Assembly: GCA_048937405.1 (NCBI GenBank)
Contig: JBHLNF010000017.1
Location: 1-52,380, forward strand
Direction of reading: 5' to 3'
From: Promethearchaeota archaeon
GTDB lineage: Archaea > Asgardarchaeota > Lokiarchaeia > Sigyniarchaeales > SOKP01
Length of the DNA: 52,380 nt
Shown here: one piece after another, positions 20,019 to 29,178 of the stretch
Position numbering within the stretch: the stretch's first letter is position 1
Layout: every line of letters begins with the position of its first letter
Translations under genes and position numbers: made by a program
The notes under the pieces: generated by a model
What the model was told of the DNA's origin: nothing
Databases searched by the model: none
What the model saw: only the letters and a program-made list of their open reading frames with translations

Positions 20019-21890
20019 ATGCCGAGTTTAAATGATCCAGAATTTTTAGTAGACGAAAGCAAGGTGTGGTTTACACCACCAGATCAAGGAGGTTACTGGC
20101 CTCAAGGTGTTCCACATCAAATAAAAGACATAGAAGATGTTGAAGTTTTACCATTATGGGAAGTTTTCTTAAAAGCAGCAGAAAAATATAATACCTGGGA
20201 ACGTGATGTTTGTGTTTTTGTTTATGGTCCATATATAGAGCGAGTGAAATTAAAAATATTATTTGATTATGCTAAACGGTTTGGAACATATCTTCACAAA
20301 GAATTAGGAGTTAAAAAAGGAGATGTTGTTGCAATTGATCTACCAAATTCAATTAATTTTGTTGTTGCATATATTGGTTGTCAATATATTGGTGCGATTG
20401 CCCAAGGTATCAATCCTCAATATAGACCATTGGAACTTTTACATTCCTTAACGATGACTAATGCTAAAGTACTTGTTCTTATGGATATGTTATATCTCGC
20501 AGGACCTAAAGAGATACTTCCGAAGTCGAATGTAGAATATCTAATACCTTCGAATCTTGTGGATTTTCTGACTGCTGATGAAGGAATTATAGAAAAATTA
20601 GGAATCCCCAATGCTAAAAATGCAATACCGAATGAAACTGAGGATTATAAGATTATTTGGATGGAGGATATAGTTAAAAATACAGAACCAGAAGAAGTTG
20701 AGGTAGATATTGATCCGTGGACTGACCCCGCAGTGTACCTTATGACTGGTGGAACAACAGGATTGCCCAAAGTTGCGATGCTTTCGCATGCGAATTTATG
20801 CACGAATCTTCATATGGGTAAACCTTGGACACAGCTAAAGGCTGGAATGATAACAATTGGTTCGATTCCATTTTTTCATAGTTTTGGGATGACATGCGTT
20901 ATGAGTGCTGCTTTTAATTTAGGAATGATAATGCTTCTATTTCCAAAACCACCAACTGATGATGTTTTGTGTGAAGCAATAAATAAGATAGACGCACCTG
21001 AAGGAATAATGTATACTGGAGTCGAAATGTTATTTAAAAGGCTCACAGATTTTGTCCATGAGATGGGCGTAGAAGAATTTAAGAAAAAATATGATTTTTG
21101 GAAAAAAATTAAATATGCTACTCAAGGAGCTGGTCCTTTACATGATTATATTCGGATACCATTTGAAGAAATTTTTTGTCCTATACGTTCTGGTTACGGA
21201 TTGACTGAAACCTCTCCAATGGTAAGTATTGCTCCCTTTTGGGGACCTACTAAGACCGGAAAACTAGGACTACCACTTCCTGGTTGTGATTGGGCTATAT
21301 TTGATTCAGAAAACTTTGAAAATGGACCTATTTGCGATGGAACAAAAGAAAGAGGTGGTTTTGGAATCGAAAATACTGGAGAGATTTGCTGTGCTGGACC
21401 ACATATAATGTTGGGTTATTTAGGTCAACAAAAGGAACAAGAGGATAATTTAAAATATTGGGGTGGAAAGAGATGGCTTCTTACTGGAGATATTGGCTTT
21501 ATGGATGAACATGGTTGGGTTGAAATTCGTGATAGAAAGAAATCTTTGGTTAAAGTCTCAGGTCATTCTGTATTTCCTAAAGAAGTAGAGGAACTGTTAG
21601 GTCATCATGAATATGTTGATGAAGTTGCTGTTGCGGGAATACCCGATGAGATGACAGGAGAGGCTATAAAAGCATGGGTTACTCTTAAAAAAGGATATAA
21701 AGCCGATCGTGATATAACTAGTGAACAGTTGAAGGAATGGGCTAGAGAGAATATGACCAAATGGAAAAGTCCAAAATATATTGAATTTGTCCGAAAGATG
21801 CCTGTTAGTATGACAGGAAAAGTACAACGTAGAGAATTACAGGAAAAAGATATAGAAAGACTCAAGAAGGGAAGAGAAATTAAAGGTTAA
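20019..21890 (+). CDS. Long-chain-fatty-acid--CoA ligase (ANL/AMP-binding family)
   Basis: YLMTGGTTGLPK, GYGLTE, TGDIG, RDRKK.L.KVSG..VFP.EVE, GKVQRREL. Confidence 0.92.
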   Translation: MPSLNDPEFLVDESKVWFTPPDQGGYWPQGVPHQIKDIEDVEVLPLWEVFLKAAEKYNTWERDVCVFVYGPYIERVKLKILFDYAKRFGTYLHKELGVKKGDVVAIDLPNSINFVVAYIGCQYIGAIAQGINPQYRPLELLHSLTMTNAKVLVLMDMLYLAGPKEILPKSNVEYLIPSNLVDFLTADEGIIEKLGIPNAKNAIPNETEDYKIIWMEDIVKNTEPEEVEVDIDPWTDPAVYLMTGGTTGLPKVAMLSHANLCTNLHMGKPWTQLKAGMITIGSIPFFHSFGMTCVMSAAFNLGMIMLLFPKPPTDDVLCEAINKIDAPEGIMYTGVEMLFKRLTDFVHEMGVEEFKKKYDFWKKIKYATQGAGPLHDYIRIPFEEIFCPIRSGYGLTETSPMVSIAPFWGPTKTGKLGLPLPGCDWAIFDSENFENGPICDGTKERGGFGIENTGEICCAGPHIMLGYLGQQKEQEDNLKYWGGKRWLLTGDIGFMDEHGWVEIRDRKKSLVKVSGHSVFPKEVEELLGHHEYVDEVAVAGIPDEMTGEAIKAWVTLKKGYKADRDITSEQLKEWARENMTKWKSPKYIEFVRKMPVSMTGKVQRRELQEKDIERLKKGREIKG

Positions 21891-21898
21891 TTTAATCA

Positions 21899-21937
21899 TT
21901 TTTATTTTTTTTTTTTTTTGTATTTGTTTTTTATTTT
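21899..21937 (+). terminator. Oligo-T archaeal-type terminator after the acyl-CoA ligase gene
   Basis: T15 run at 21905-21919 plus further T tracts just downstream of the stop codon. Confidence 0.6.
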
Positions 21938-22094
21938 CTCTAATCTACTAATTTTTTACTTTTTAAATTATTCACATTATTACATCCTAGATAAAATATT
22001 TTTGATACTTAGAAAGTGAAGGATTCTAGATCATTACAATGAATAAAATTGTACTCATTTGATTTCAAATAATATTATTACCTACATTATTTAT

Positions 22095-22293
22095 GGCTAC
22101 AGTCCGATAGCCTCTATCCCATCCACCTCTTGTTTTTGGGAATACTTTTTCCATTGAACTCTCTTATTCACTCCCATTGTTTCTCTCAATACGAGTATCG
22201 TTATTTGCCCCCTAACTATGATAATCCGAAGGAATAACAGTGAGCGGAAGTGGGTAGGGATCTCTCTTTTTCATTCGTATTTCATTGAGGCTT
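22095..22293. ncRNA. Candidate structured non-coding RNA or non-autonomous element
   Basis: GC-enriched island lacking a long ORF. Nested complementarity: AGCCTC/GAGGCT, ATCCCATCCAC/GTGGGTAGGGAT, CTCTTGTT/AACAGTGAG. Confidence 0.3.
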
Positions 22294-22617
22294 GTAAATA
22301 TAACAATTATACTACATATCATAAGAATTAAAATGCCAGAGAGTCAGAATTTTCTAATATACAAGTGAAAAGGATGATAACTCGATGATAATGTACTAAT
22401 TTATCAAAAACAATCACTTTTATAAGATAATAATATCATATGATCACATTCTTGAGTAATATACTCATTTTTGTTGCCTATATAGGTAAATATAAAAATA
22501 TACCTTTTGTTATGTGGATATTATGAATATCTTTTAAATTGAGATATATTTATATTTGTAAAAAATGATTTGTCTAATACAATTTTTCAAAAATACTAAT
22601 TCTTTGTGGAATATTAA

Positions 22618-23481
22618 GTGCAAGTACAATATAAATTAGTTAAAGTTGTATGTCCCCGCTGTGGGGTAGAAAAAGAAATATCAGTTCCCCAAAGTATATT
22701 TGAAGAAAAGAAAATTGGTCACATAAAAATAAGGGTTCCTAAAGGAGCAGCATGTAAAGATCATATATTTATTGTATATCTAAATAATCAGGGAACAATT
22801 CTTGGATATGAATCGATCGATTTAACTATATCCTCTTTAACTAAATTAGAATTAAGAGAGGAGAATTATGTTGACAATGGTAAAGCAGTGAGTTTAAGAG
22901 ATTTTATTGAAATGATCGGATTTCAATGCTTAGCAGGACTTATTCATGCTAAATTATTTAATTATCCATCATTAATTATTCAAGAAAAAGAGTCAGAGGT
23001 AAATCTGGAGTTAATAAATCATTTCCTCGATGATATAATGCCAGAAAAATATAAGGATACAGAATTCTTAAAAACCATCGATTATAGCAAAGATAAGGAT
23101 TATTCTACTGAATATTTTTATGTATTGGTTAATAATCAGAGGAAACCAGCATTTCTTATAAATCTACGCAAACATATTGTTCAAAAACCTTGGAAAACGA
23201 GTTTAGAATTAGAATATTCATTTATTAATTCTGTCCTCTATAAAAATGATAAACAGGATAATCTCTATACATTAGAATTCTGTATTTCAAAATTTTTAAA
23301 AGATGTTGATGATATTATACTTTTTCTTAAAAGCATTAAGAGGATCTCAAAAAGAAATTTAAATAAAAAATTGCAGGAGATAAAAGATGACTCTTTAATT
23401 GTAAAAAATTATATAAATTTCATCATAGAATTCATTCAACAAAGAATAACACCAGAAATCGCAAAAAAAATTCAAGGTTGA
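22618..23481 (+). CDS. Lokiarchaeia-type protein with N-terminal CPxC...C-x(1-2)-H zinc-binding domain
   Basis: CPRCG...VPKGAACKDHIFIVYL...ILGYESID; the same domain occurs in 29179-30168. Confidence 0.7.
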   Translation: MQVQYKLVKVVCPRCGVEKEISVPQSIFEEKKIGHIKIRVPKGAACKDHIFIVYLNNQGTILGYESIDLTISSLTKLELREENYVDNGKAVSLRDFIEMIGFQCLAGLIHAKLFNYPSLIIQEKESEVNLELINHFLDDIMPEKYKDTEFLKTIDYSKDKDYSTEYFYVLVNNQRKPAFLINLRKHIVQKPWKTSLELEYSFINSVLYKNDKQDNLYTLEFCISKFLKDVDDIILFLKSIKRISKRNLNKKLQEIKDDSLIVKNYINFIIEFIQQRITPEIAKKIQG

Positions 23482-23540
23482 TAAAATAATTAGGATAAAT
23501 TAGTAAGAAATAGTTTTGATTTGGTTTATATTCATTGAAT

Positions 23541-25163
23541 TTATTTATTTAGCCTTTTATATGTTTTTCTCATGATTTTATATATATTCAAATATTCATT
23601 GAAGAGTGTATCATAGATTTTTCTGTTCTTAGGATTGGGTGTAAAGATATTTGAAATCTCACAACATTTTTGAATCTCGTTCCATTTAAGATAGCCTAAG
23701 CTAACTGAGGCAATAAAGGCAGCTCCTCTTGCATTTGCCTGAATTGGATTTATTACTTGCCTAATATTTCTATTAAGCACATCAGCAAAGATCTGACACC
23801 AGACATTACTCTGAGCCCCACCACCTATAATATTAAGTTCAGGGATTATAAAATCTTGGCTTTTCATATTTGGATTTTCTCTAATTTTCCATTTTTTGAT
23901 AAAATTCTCCACATACATAAATAGCCATCGTATATTATATGCTATTCCTTCAAAGATTGCACGGATTATATGTTCTCGGGACATTTCTAGTGATAAATTA
24001 TATAAACCTCCTCTAATCATTTCATCATCAATTGGTGCTCTTTCTCCAATTAACCATGGAGTAAAGATAAGATTATTTGAACCAGCGGGAATATGCTCTA
24101 CAATTTTGTCGAATATTTTGTATACATCTGGAACAGCCTCTTCTTTTAATAATTCATCTTTATGATATAAAATCTTATCTCTGAGAAAAGTTAATGCACC
24201 TCCTGCAATTTCTTGTTCATTAGCAATAATATATTTTCCAGGAATTGCTGAGGGAACACTCGCCATATTATGAAATTTATCTGTTTTTTTATATGGAACT
24301 GGACATGACACCCAATCTGAAGTGCCTACACAGATGTGTGTTTCATAATCATTAACAGCACCAGATCCTACTGATGCTGATGGTATATCTGGTGCACCTA
24401 CTACAACTTTTACACTTCGATTCAAACCTAATTCATCAGCAACATCGTTTTTCAATGGGCCTAGTATATCAATTGAGGATTTAATTTCAGGGAATTTCTC
24501 TGGTGCAATTTTTAAAACTTTAATAAGTTTTTTTGAGTATTTTACATTATTAATATCTCTAATATCTGTTATCCAATGAAGATGAACCGAAACTGGAGAT
24601 GTAGCAAATTTTCCTGTAAGTCTTAAGTTAATAAAATCTTGAGGTTCTAAGAACTTATAAGTCTTATTGTAGATATCTGGAAGTTCATTTTTAATCCATA
24701 ATATATGAGCAATTGGATCTTTTCCATTTTTGCTGGGACCTCCTCCAGTTCGTTTTATCCATCTTAAAATTTTGAATAAGGAATATCCTGAAACTTGAAT
24801 TAAACTTTTATGAAATTTTTTAATATATTTTGATCCTCTTGTGTCCATCCAAATTATTGAATTCATTAAATGGTTTCCATCTTTATCAACTGCGACAGTT
24901 CCACTCCATTGACTTGTATTACATATACCTACAATATCATCAACAGAGACTCTTCCACTATCAATAACTTGCTTGGAAGTATTTAAAATTGCTTTCCACC
25001 ATTCTTCAGGATCTTGTTCTACAGCACCACCTTTTTGTACGTATAAAGGTACTTCTTTAAAAGCCCATTCAAGAACTTCTCCTTTAGTAGATACAATAGC
25101 AGATTTTGGACCCCCTGTACCATGATCAATAGCTAAAATATATTTAGATTGTGAATTAGACAT
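23541..25163 (-). CDS. FGGY-family carbohydrate kinase (xylulokinase-like)
   Basis: LAIDHGTGGPK, EQDPEEWW, IIWMDTR, PWLIGERAP, RAIFEGIA, GGGAQS.VWCQIFADVL. Confidence 0.92.
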   Translation of the reverse strand: MSNSQSKYILAIDHGTGGPKSAIVSTKGEVLEWAFKEVPLYVQKGGAVEQDPEEWWKAILNTSKQVIDSGRVSVDDIVGICNTSQWSGTVAVDKDGNHLMNSIIWMDTRGSKYIKKFHKSLIQVSGYSLFKILRWIKRTGGGPSKNGKDPIAHILWIKNELPDIYNKTYKFLEPQDFINLRLTGKFATSPVSVHLHWITDIRDINNVKYSKKLIKVLKIAPEKFPEIKSSIDILGPLKNDVADELGLNRSVKVVVGAPDIPSASVGSGAVNDYETHICVGTSDWVSCPVPYKKTDKFHNMASVPSAIPGKYIIANEQEIAGGALTFLRDKILYHKDELLKEEAVPDVYKIFDKIVEHIPAGSNNLIFTPWLIGERAPIDDEMIRGGLYNLSLEMSREHIIRAIFEGIAYNIRWLFMYVENFIKKWKIRENPNMKSQDFIIPELNIIGGGAQSNVWCQIFADVLNRNIRQVINPIQANARGAAFIASVSLGYLKWNEIQKCCEISNIFTPNPKNRKIYDTLFNEYLNIYKIMRKTYKRLNK

Positions 25164-25313
25164 AAATTATATAAATGATAATAAAGTAAATAAAGATTCT
25201 TTAAATTTTATATTCCAAGAACTCGGTATTTATTATTTTAAAAAAAATTAATTTTTGATGAAATAGTATACTTATTTATTTTATGTGCAATTTATACTTA
25301 AGTTTTGATTAAT

Positions 25314-26723
25314 ATGTCATCTAGTATGAAATATGAGGATATGAGAGCTAAAATTGAAAATATTGTAAATCAGCCAATTAGAAAATTTAAATCAGAAGAA
25401 ATAAGAGGGATAATCGATAGATATCATAAGAATCATCCAAAGTCCAAAACAGCATATGAACGAGCAAAAAAAATTATCCCTGGAGGAGTAGAACATAATC
25501 TTGCCTTCAATCATCCATTCCCTCTAGTAAGTAAAAGAGTATATGATTGTTATATGGAAACTATAGATAATGTAGTTTTAACAGATTACTTAATGTGTGG
25601 TGGACCTATAATTCTAGGGCATCAGTATAAACCCTTAATAGATAAAGTTACTGAAGTAATTCAAGAATTAGGACCTTGTCACGGAATAACAAATGAATAT
25701 GAATATATGGCAGCTGAGCAACTACAAAAATATTTTCCATCATGCGAAATAATTAGATGGTTACAATCGGGAACTGAGGCAGATATGTTGGCAATTAGAA
25801 TCGCGAGAACCTTTACAAATCGCAAATGGATAATTAAAATTGGAGGATCTTATCATGGTTGGTCTGATCAACTTGTATATGATATGCATGTTCCAGGAAC
25901 AAAATTATTAGAGTCTCATGGGATACCAAAAAATGTGTTTAAATGGACAGATTCATGTCCTCCGAATGATATAGAAACTCTTAGACAAATGATTAAAGAA
26001 AAAAGGAAAGTAGCCGCAGTTATAGTAGAACCAATGGGCGGTGAATCTGGGAGTATTCCTGTAAAACCTGGTTTCAATAAAGAAGTAGAGGAATTATGTC
26101 ATGAAAATAAAACTTTGATGATTTCGGATGAAGTTGTATGTGCATTTAGATTAAATATGCATGGAGGACAAGGTTATTTTGGTTATACTCCTGATATTTC
26201 AGTATTTGGAAAAATTGTTGGACATGGTTTTCCTTCGGCTGCAGCAATTGGAGGGAGAACCGATGTTATGAGTGTGTGTGCTGGAGGTGTAAGTGGAGGT
26301 AAGAAAGCATATTCTGGGGGAACTTTAGCAGCAAATCCGTTAACTTGCGCTGCAGCTTATTATGCAATTAAATATATTGAAGAAACTAATGCAACAGAAA
26401 AATCTATAAAAGCAGCTACAAGGCTTTCAACAGGACTAAATAAATTATTTGAGAATTATGATTTACCTTGGTTTTCTTATAATTATGGAGCAACAGTCCA
26501 TTTTCATACAAGTTGCCTATTTGGACTTGATTTAGGTGATTCTCAACAAGCTGGAGAACTCCCAAAAAGGAAAGCTTTTATGGATGAAATGGGGGCTGCT
26601 CTTATTGACCAAGAACTTATTTCAGTGGCAGGGAGTAGATTCTATACATGCATGTTACATAATAATGAAATAATTGATAAATCAATTCAAAAAATAGATA
26701 ATATTTGTCAAAAAATCGATTAA
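25314..26723 (+). CDS. Class III PLP-dependent aminotransferase (glutamate-1-semialdehyde aminomutase-like)
   Basis: SGTEA, GSYHG, VIVEP, DEV..FR, FGKIVG (PLP Lys), GT..ANP. Start taken at ATG 25314 (the track starts at TTG 25305). Confidence 0.88.
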   Translation: MSSSMKYEDMRAKIENIVNQPIRKFKSEEIRGIIDRYHKNHPKSKTAYERAKKIIPGGVEHNLAFNHPFPLVSKRVYDCYMETIDNVVLTDYLMCGGPIILGHQYKPLIDKVTEVIQELGPCHGITNEYEYMAAEQLQKYFPSCEIIRWLQSGTEADMLAIRIARTFTNRKWIIKIGGSYHGWSDQLVYDMHVPGTKLLESHGIPKNVFKWTDSCPPNDIETLRQMIKEKRKVAAVIVEPMGGESGSIPVKPGFNKEVEELCHENKTLMISDEVVCAFRLNMHGGQGYFGYTPDISVFGKIVGHGFPSAAAIGGRTDVMSVCAGGVSGGKKAYSGGTLAANPLTCAAAYYAIKYIEETNATEKSIKAATRLSTGLNKLFENYDLPWFSYNYGATVHFHTSCLFGLDLGDSQQAGELPKRKAFMDEMGAALIDQELISVAGSRFYTCMLHNNEIIDKSIQKIDNICQKID

Positions 26724-26791
26724 ATTTCAAAATTCATAATTTAATTTTGCTTTTTTATTGTTGGATTAGTTTTTAATTAGGATTTTTTGCT

Positions 26792-26882
26792 TTAAAAATT
26801 AATTAAAGATATCGCACCTCTTGTTAACTTCTTGATTTCTTCACACTTACCTTCAGATATTAAATCCTTAAGTCACTAATCA
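26792..26882 (-). pseudogene. Short gene remnant resembling the C-terminus of KDPG/KHG aldolase (Eda)
   Basis: Minus strand reads LKDLISEGKCEEIKKLTRGAISLINF*, similar to the Eda C-terminal pattern 'W.V.KDLI..G.f.eI..lt.eA'; no start codon or N-terminal part. Confidence 0.35.
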
Positions 26883-26975
26883 TTTACGGAAAGTTTCTTA
26901 TTTAAGTAAAATATATAAATAGTAATATTCTTTTTTTACCGAAATATTGAAAGAAATTTTTTGACCTAATAATAA

Positions 26976-27737
26976 ATGAGTGTTGATGAACAAGAAAAGT
27001 TATTTGAAGCTGCATTTATAATTAAAAGTTCTAATTATATTGTAGTTTTTTCTGGAGCAGGCATCTCTACAGAATCTGGAATTGATGATTTTCGGAGTCC
27101 TGGAGGTCTCTGGAGTCGTTATGATCCTGGAATCTATGCTAGTTATCAATACTTTTTAAAAGATCCTTCTCTTTTCTGGAAAATGCATAAAGAGTTAGAA
27201 GGTCTTGTTGATAATGTAGAACCTAATCAAGCACACTTAGCTATTGCTGAATTAGAGAAAATGGGTAAAGTCAAAGCAGTCATTACTCAAAACATTGATA
27301 TGTTACATCAAAAAGCGGGAACAGGAGATTATGGGGCTAAAATATATCAACTACATGGGGAATATGCGAAATTGCATTGTGTTAAATGTCAAAAAGAGTT
27401 CGATTATAATGAGATAGATACTAAAACTGTTGATTATCCAGTATGTGATTGCTCAGGATATATAAAACCTAAAGTTGTATTATTTGGCGAATCTCTTCCT
27501 CACGGAGTATTAGAAGGAGCGATGAGTGAATGCACAAATACAGATTGTCTAATTGTTGTAGGAAGTTCTCTATTAATTTCACCAGCTAATTTTATGCCCT
27601 CAATAGCCAAACAATATGGTGCGAAGATAATAATTATAAATAGAGAAAACACAATTATGGATGATCTAGCGGATGTATTTTTAAAGGGAAGTGCTGGAGA
27701 AATTTGTACTGAATTACTTAAAATGGTAAAATCTTAA
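26976..27737 (+). CDS. cobB: NAD-dependent protein deacylase, Sir2 family
   Basis: GAGISTESGI.DFR, TQNIDMLH, LHG, CxxC...CxC Zn site, KP.VV.FGE, VGSSL...PA, IINRE.T. Confidence 0.95.
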   Translation: MSVDEQEKLFEAAFIIKSSNYIVVFSGAGISTESGIDDFRSPGGLWSRYDPGIYASYQYFLKDPSLFWKMHKELEGLVDNVEPNQAHLAIAELEKMGKVKAVITQNIDMLHQKAGTGDYGAKIYQLHGEYAKLHCVKCQKEFDYNEIDTKTVDYPVCDCSGYIKPKVVLFGESLPHGVLEGAMSECTNTDCLIVVGSSLLISPANFMPSIAKQYGAKIIIINRENTIMDDLADVFLKGSAGEICTELLKMVKS

Positions 27738-27759
27738 TTAGTATTTTTAGAATTAATTT

Positions 27760-27921
27760 TCACATTTTTTCAGATTTTTTGATTTCTCTATGTTCTTTTG
27801 TAATTAAAAATCGGATAATTTCTGTGATATTTTTAATTCCATGATACTCTTTAATATCTTCTAATTTATCGAATGCCTCTTTTTCTAAAGATATATGAAA
27901 TTCATGTTTTTCATTGTTCAT
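27760..27921 (-). CDS. Ribbon-helix-helix (CopG/MetJ-like) DNA-binding protein, 53 aa, below the ORF-track cutoff
   Basis: MNNEKHEFHISLEKEAFDKLEDIKEYHGIKNITEIIRFLITKEHREIKKSEKM*: beta strand FHISL, helix, G turn, N.TEIIR.LI helix. Confidence 0.7.
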   Translation of the reverse strand: MNNEKHEFHISLEKEAFDKLEDIKEYHGIKNITEIIRFLITKEHREIKKSEKM

Positions 27922-27966
27922 TAGTTATCTCTCTTTAAAAATAAAATAAGAAGTTTACTATATTTT

Positions 27967-28040
27967 GGATATATTATGGATAATCAAGGATAATAAATGG
28001 ATAGTTTTATATATAAGTATATCCCTATTAATTTTGGATA
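27967..28040. promoter_or_regulatory. Array of helically phased GGATA repeats (putative RHH operator) flanking a TATA-like box
   Basis: GGATA at 27967, 27978, 27988 and 27999 (spacing 11/10/11), inverted TATCC at 28020, GGATA at 28036; TTTTATATATAA at about 28005-28016. Confidence 0.5.
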
Positions 28041-28178
28041 GACATATAATAGCAAGGAATATTATATCACAAAAAATGATTTCCAAGATCCCATACTTCT
28101 AAGCTTTCTTAATCCAATTGTTTCCATCTATTTTATATTGAATAATAAAATCGTATAATAATAAATCCTAATCAAAAA

Positions 28179-29153
28179 ATGAGTTTATTATTGTTTGGAA
28201 TATTAATTCTTATAGGAGGGATTGCTCTTATTATTTACTCTAGTATGAAGGCTGTAAAGCATTCTGTCATATTAGCCGCGGCATTAGGAGTTTCACCCTT
28301 AATAATAGGTGTATCTTTAGTTTCTATAGGGACAGATATATCTGAAATCTTTAATTCACTCGTATCTTGTGCATTGGGACATAGTGATATTGATGTTGGT
28401 GATTCTGTTGGATCAGATCTGACTCAACTTACTTTAATTTTTGGAATACTACCTTTAGTTACTGGGATTATTTATGTTAATAGAAAGGATATGATTATTT
28501 TAGGAGCTTGTGAAGTGTTATCACTTATCTTAATCTTTACTATAATTGAAAAAGGTTATATTACAAGACTAAATGGTATATTAATGGTTGGATGTTTAGG
28601 AATTTATATATGGTTAATTTATAATGCTAATAAAGAGAGTGTTTTACAAAGGGTAGAGATGATTGAAAATATAGAAGCCCCTAAAAACAAGAAATTACAC
28701 TTCTTCTTAGCAATCCTTAGTTTTGCAGGTGTAACGTTAGCCGCTTATATGATTGTTGAATCTGTAATTATAATTTCAAATTTTTTAAATATTCATGAAT
28801 ATATCATAAGTTTTTTTATTATTGCTGTGGGTACTTCACTTCCAGAATTAGCTGTTGATATAAATGCATTAAAATTAGGTCACCACCAAATTGCAATTGG
28901 AGATATTGTAGGATCATGTATAGTTGATTCAACACTTTCCATTGGTATAGGACAAATTGTATTTAATCAGAATCCTAACTATATAACAGCTGCTTTGGTA
29001 ATACCAACAGTTCTCTATACCTTAGTAGCTAGTATTATTGTTTTTATAACAGTTATAGTAAGACGAAAAATTGATAATAAAGCAGGAGTATTCTTTATTA
29101 CAATATATTTCTTATCTTATCTATTTCTTTTTACATTCTGGCTAAAAATTTAA
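28179..29153 (+). CDS. Calcium/sodium antiporter (CaCA, YrbG-like)
   Basis: About 10 TM helices; alpha-repeats SIGTDISE...GDSVGSD and AVGTSLPE...GDIVGS. Confidence 0.88.
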   Translation: MSLLLFGILILIGGIALIIYSSMKAVKHSVILAAALGVSPLIIGVSLVSIGTDISEIFNSLVSCALGHSDIDVGDSVGSDLTQLTLIFGILPLVTGIIYVNRKDMIILGACEVLSLILIFTIIEKGYITRLNGILMVGCLGIYIWLIYNANKESVLQRVEMIENIEAPKNKKLHFFLAILSFAGVTLAAYMIVESVIIISNFLNIHEYIISFFIIAVGTSLPELAVDINALKLGHHQIAIGDIVGSCIVDSTLSIGIGQIVFNQNPNYITAALVIPTVLYTLVASIIVFITVIVRRKIDNKAGVFFITIYFLSYLFLFTFWLKI

Positions 29154-29178
29154 GAAATATATAGAAAATTTGTTTTTC

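Noticed and set aside
22095-22293. SRP RNA, RNase P RNA, tRNA or SECIS
   Set aside because: I could not find the SRP helix-8 motif, the RNase P GAGGAAAGUCC motif or a cloverleaf, and there is no adjacent selenoprotein gene.
25314-26723. hemL assignment
   Set aside because: Family similarity only; no tetrapyrrole context, and pairing with an FGGY kinase suggests another substrate.
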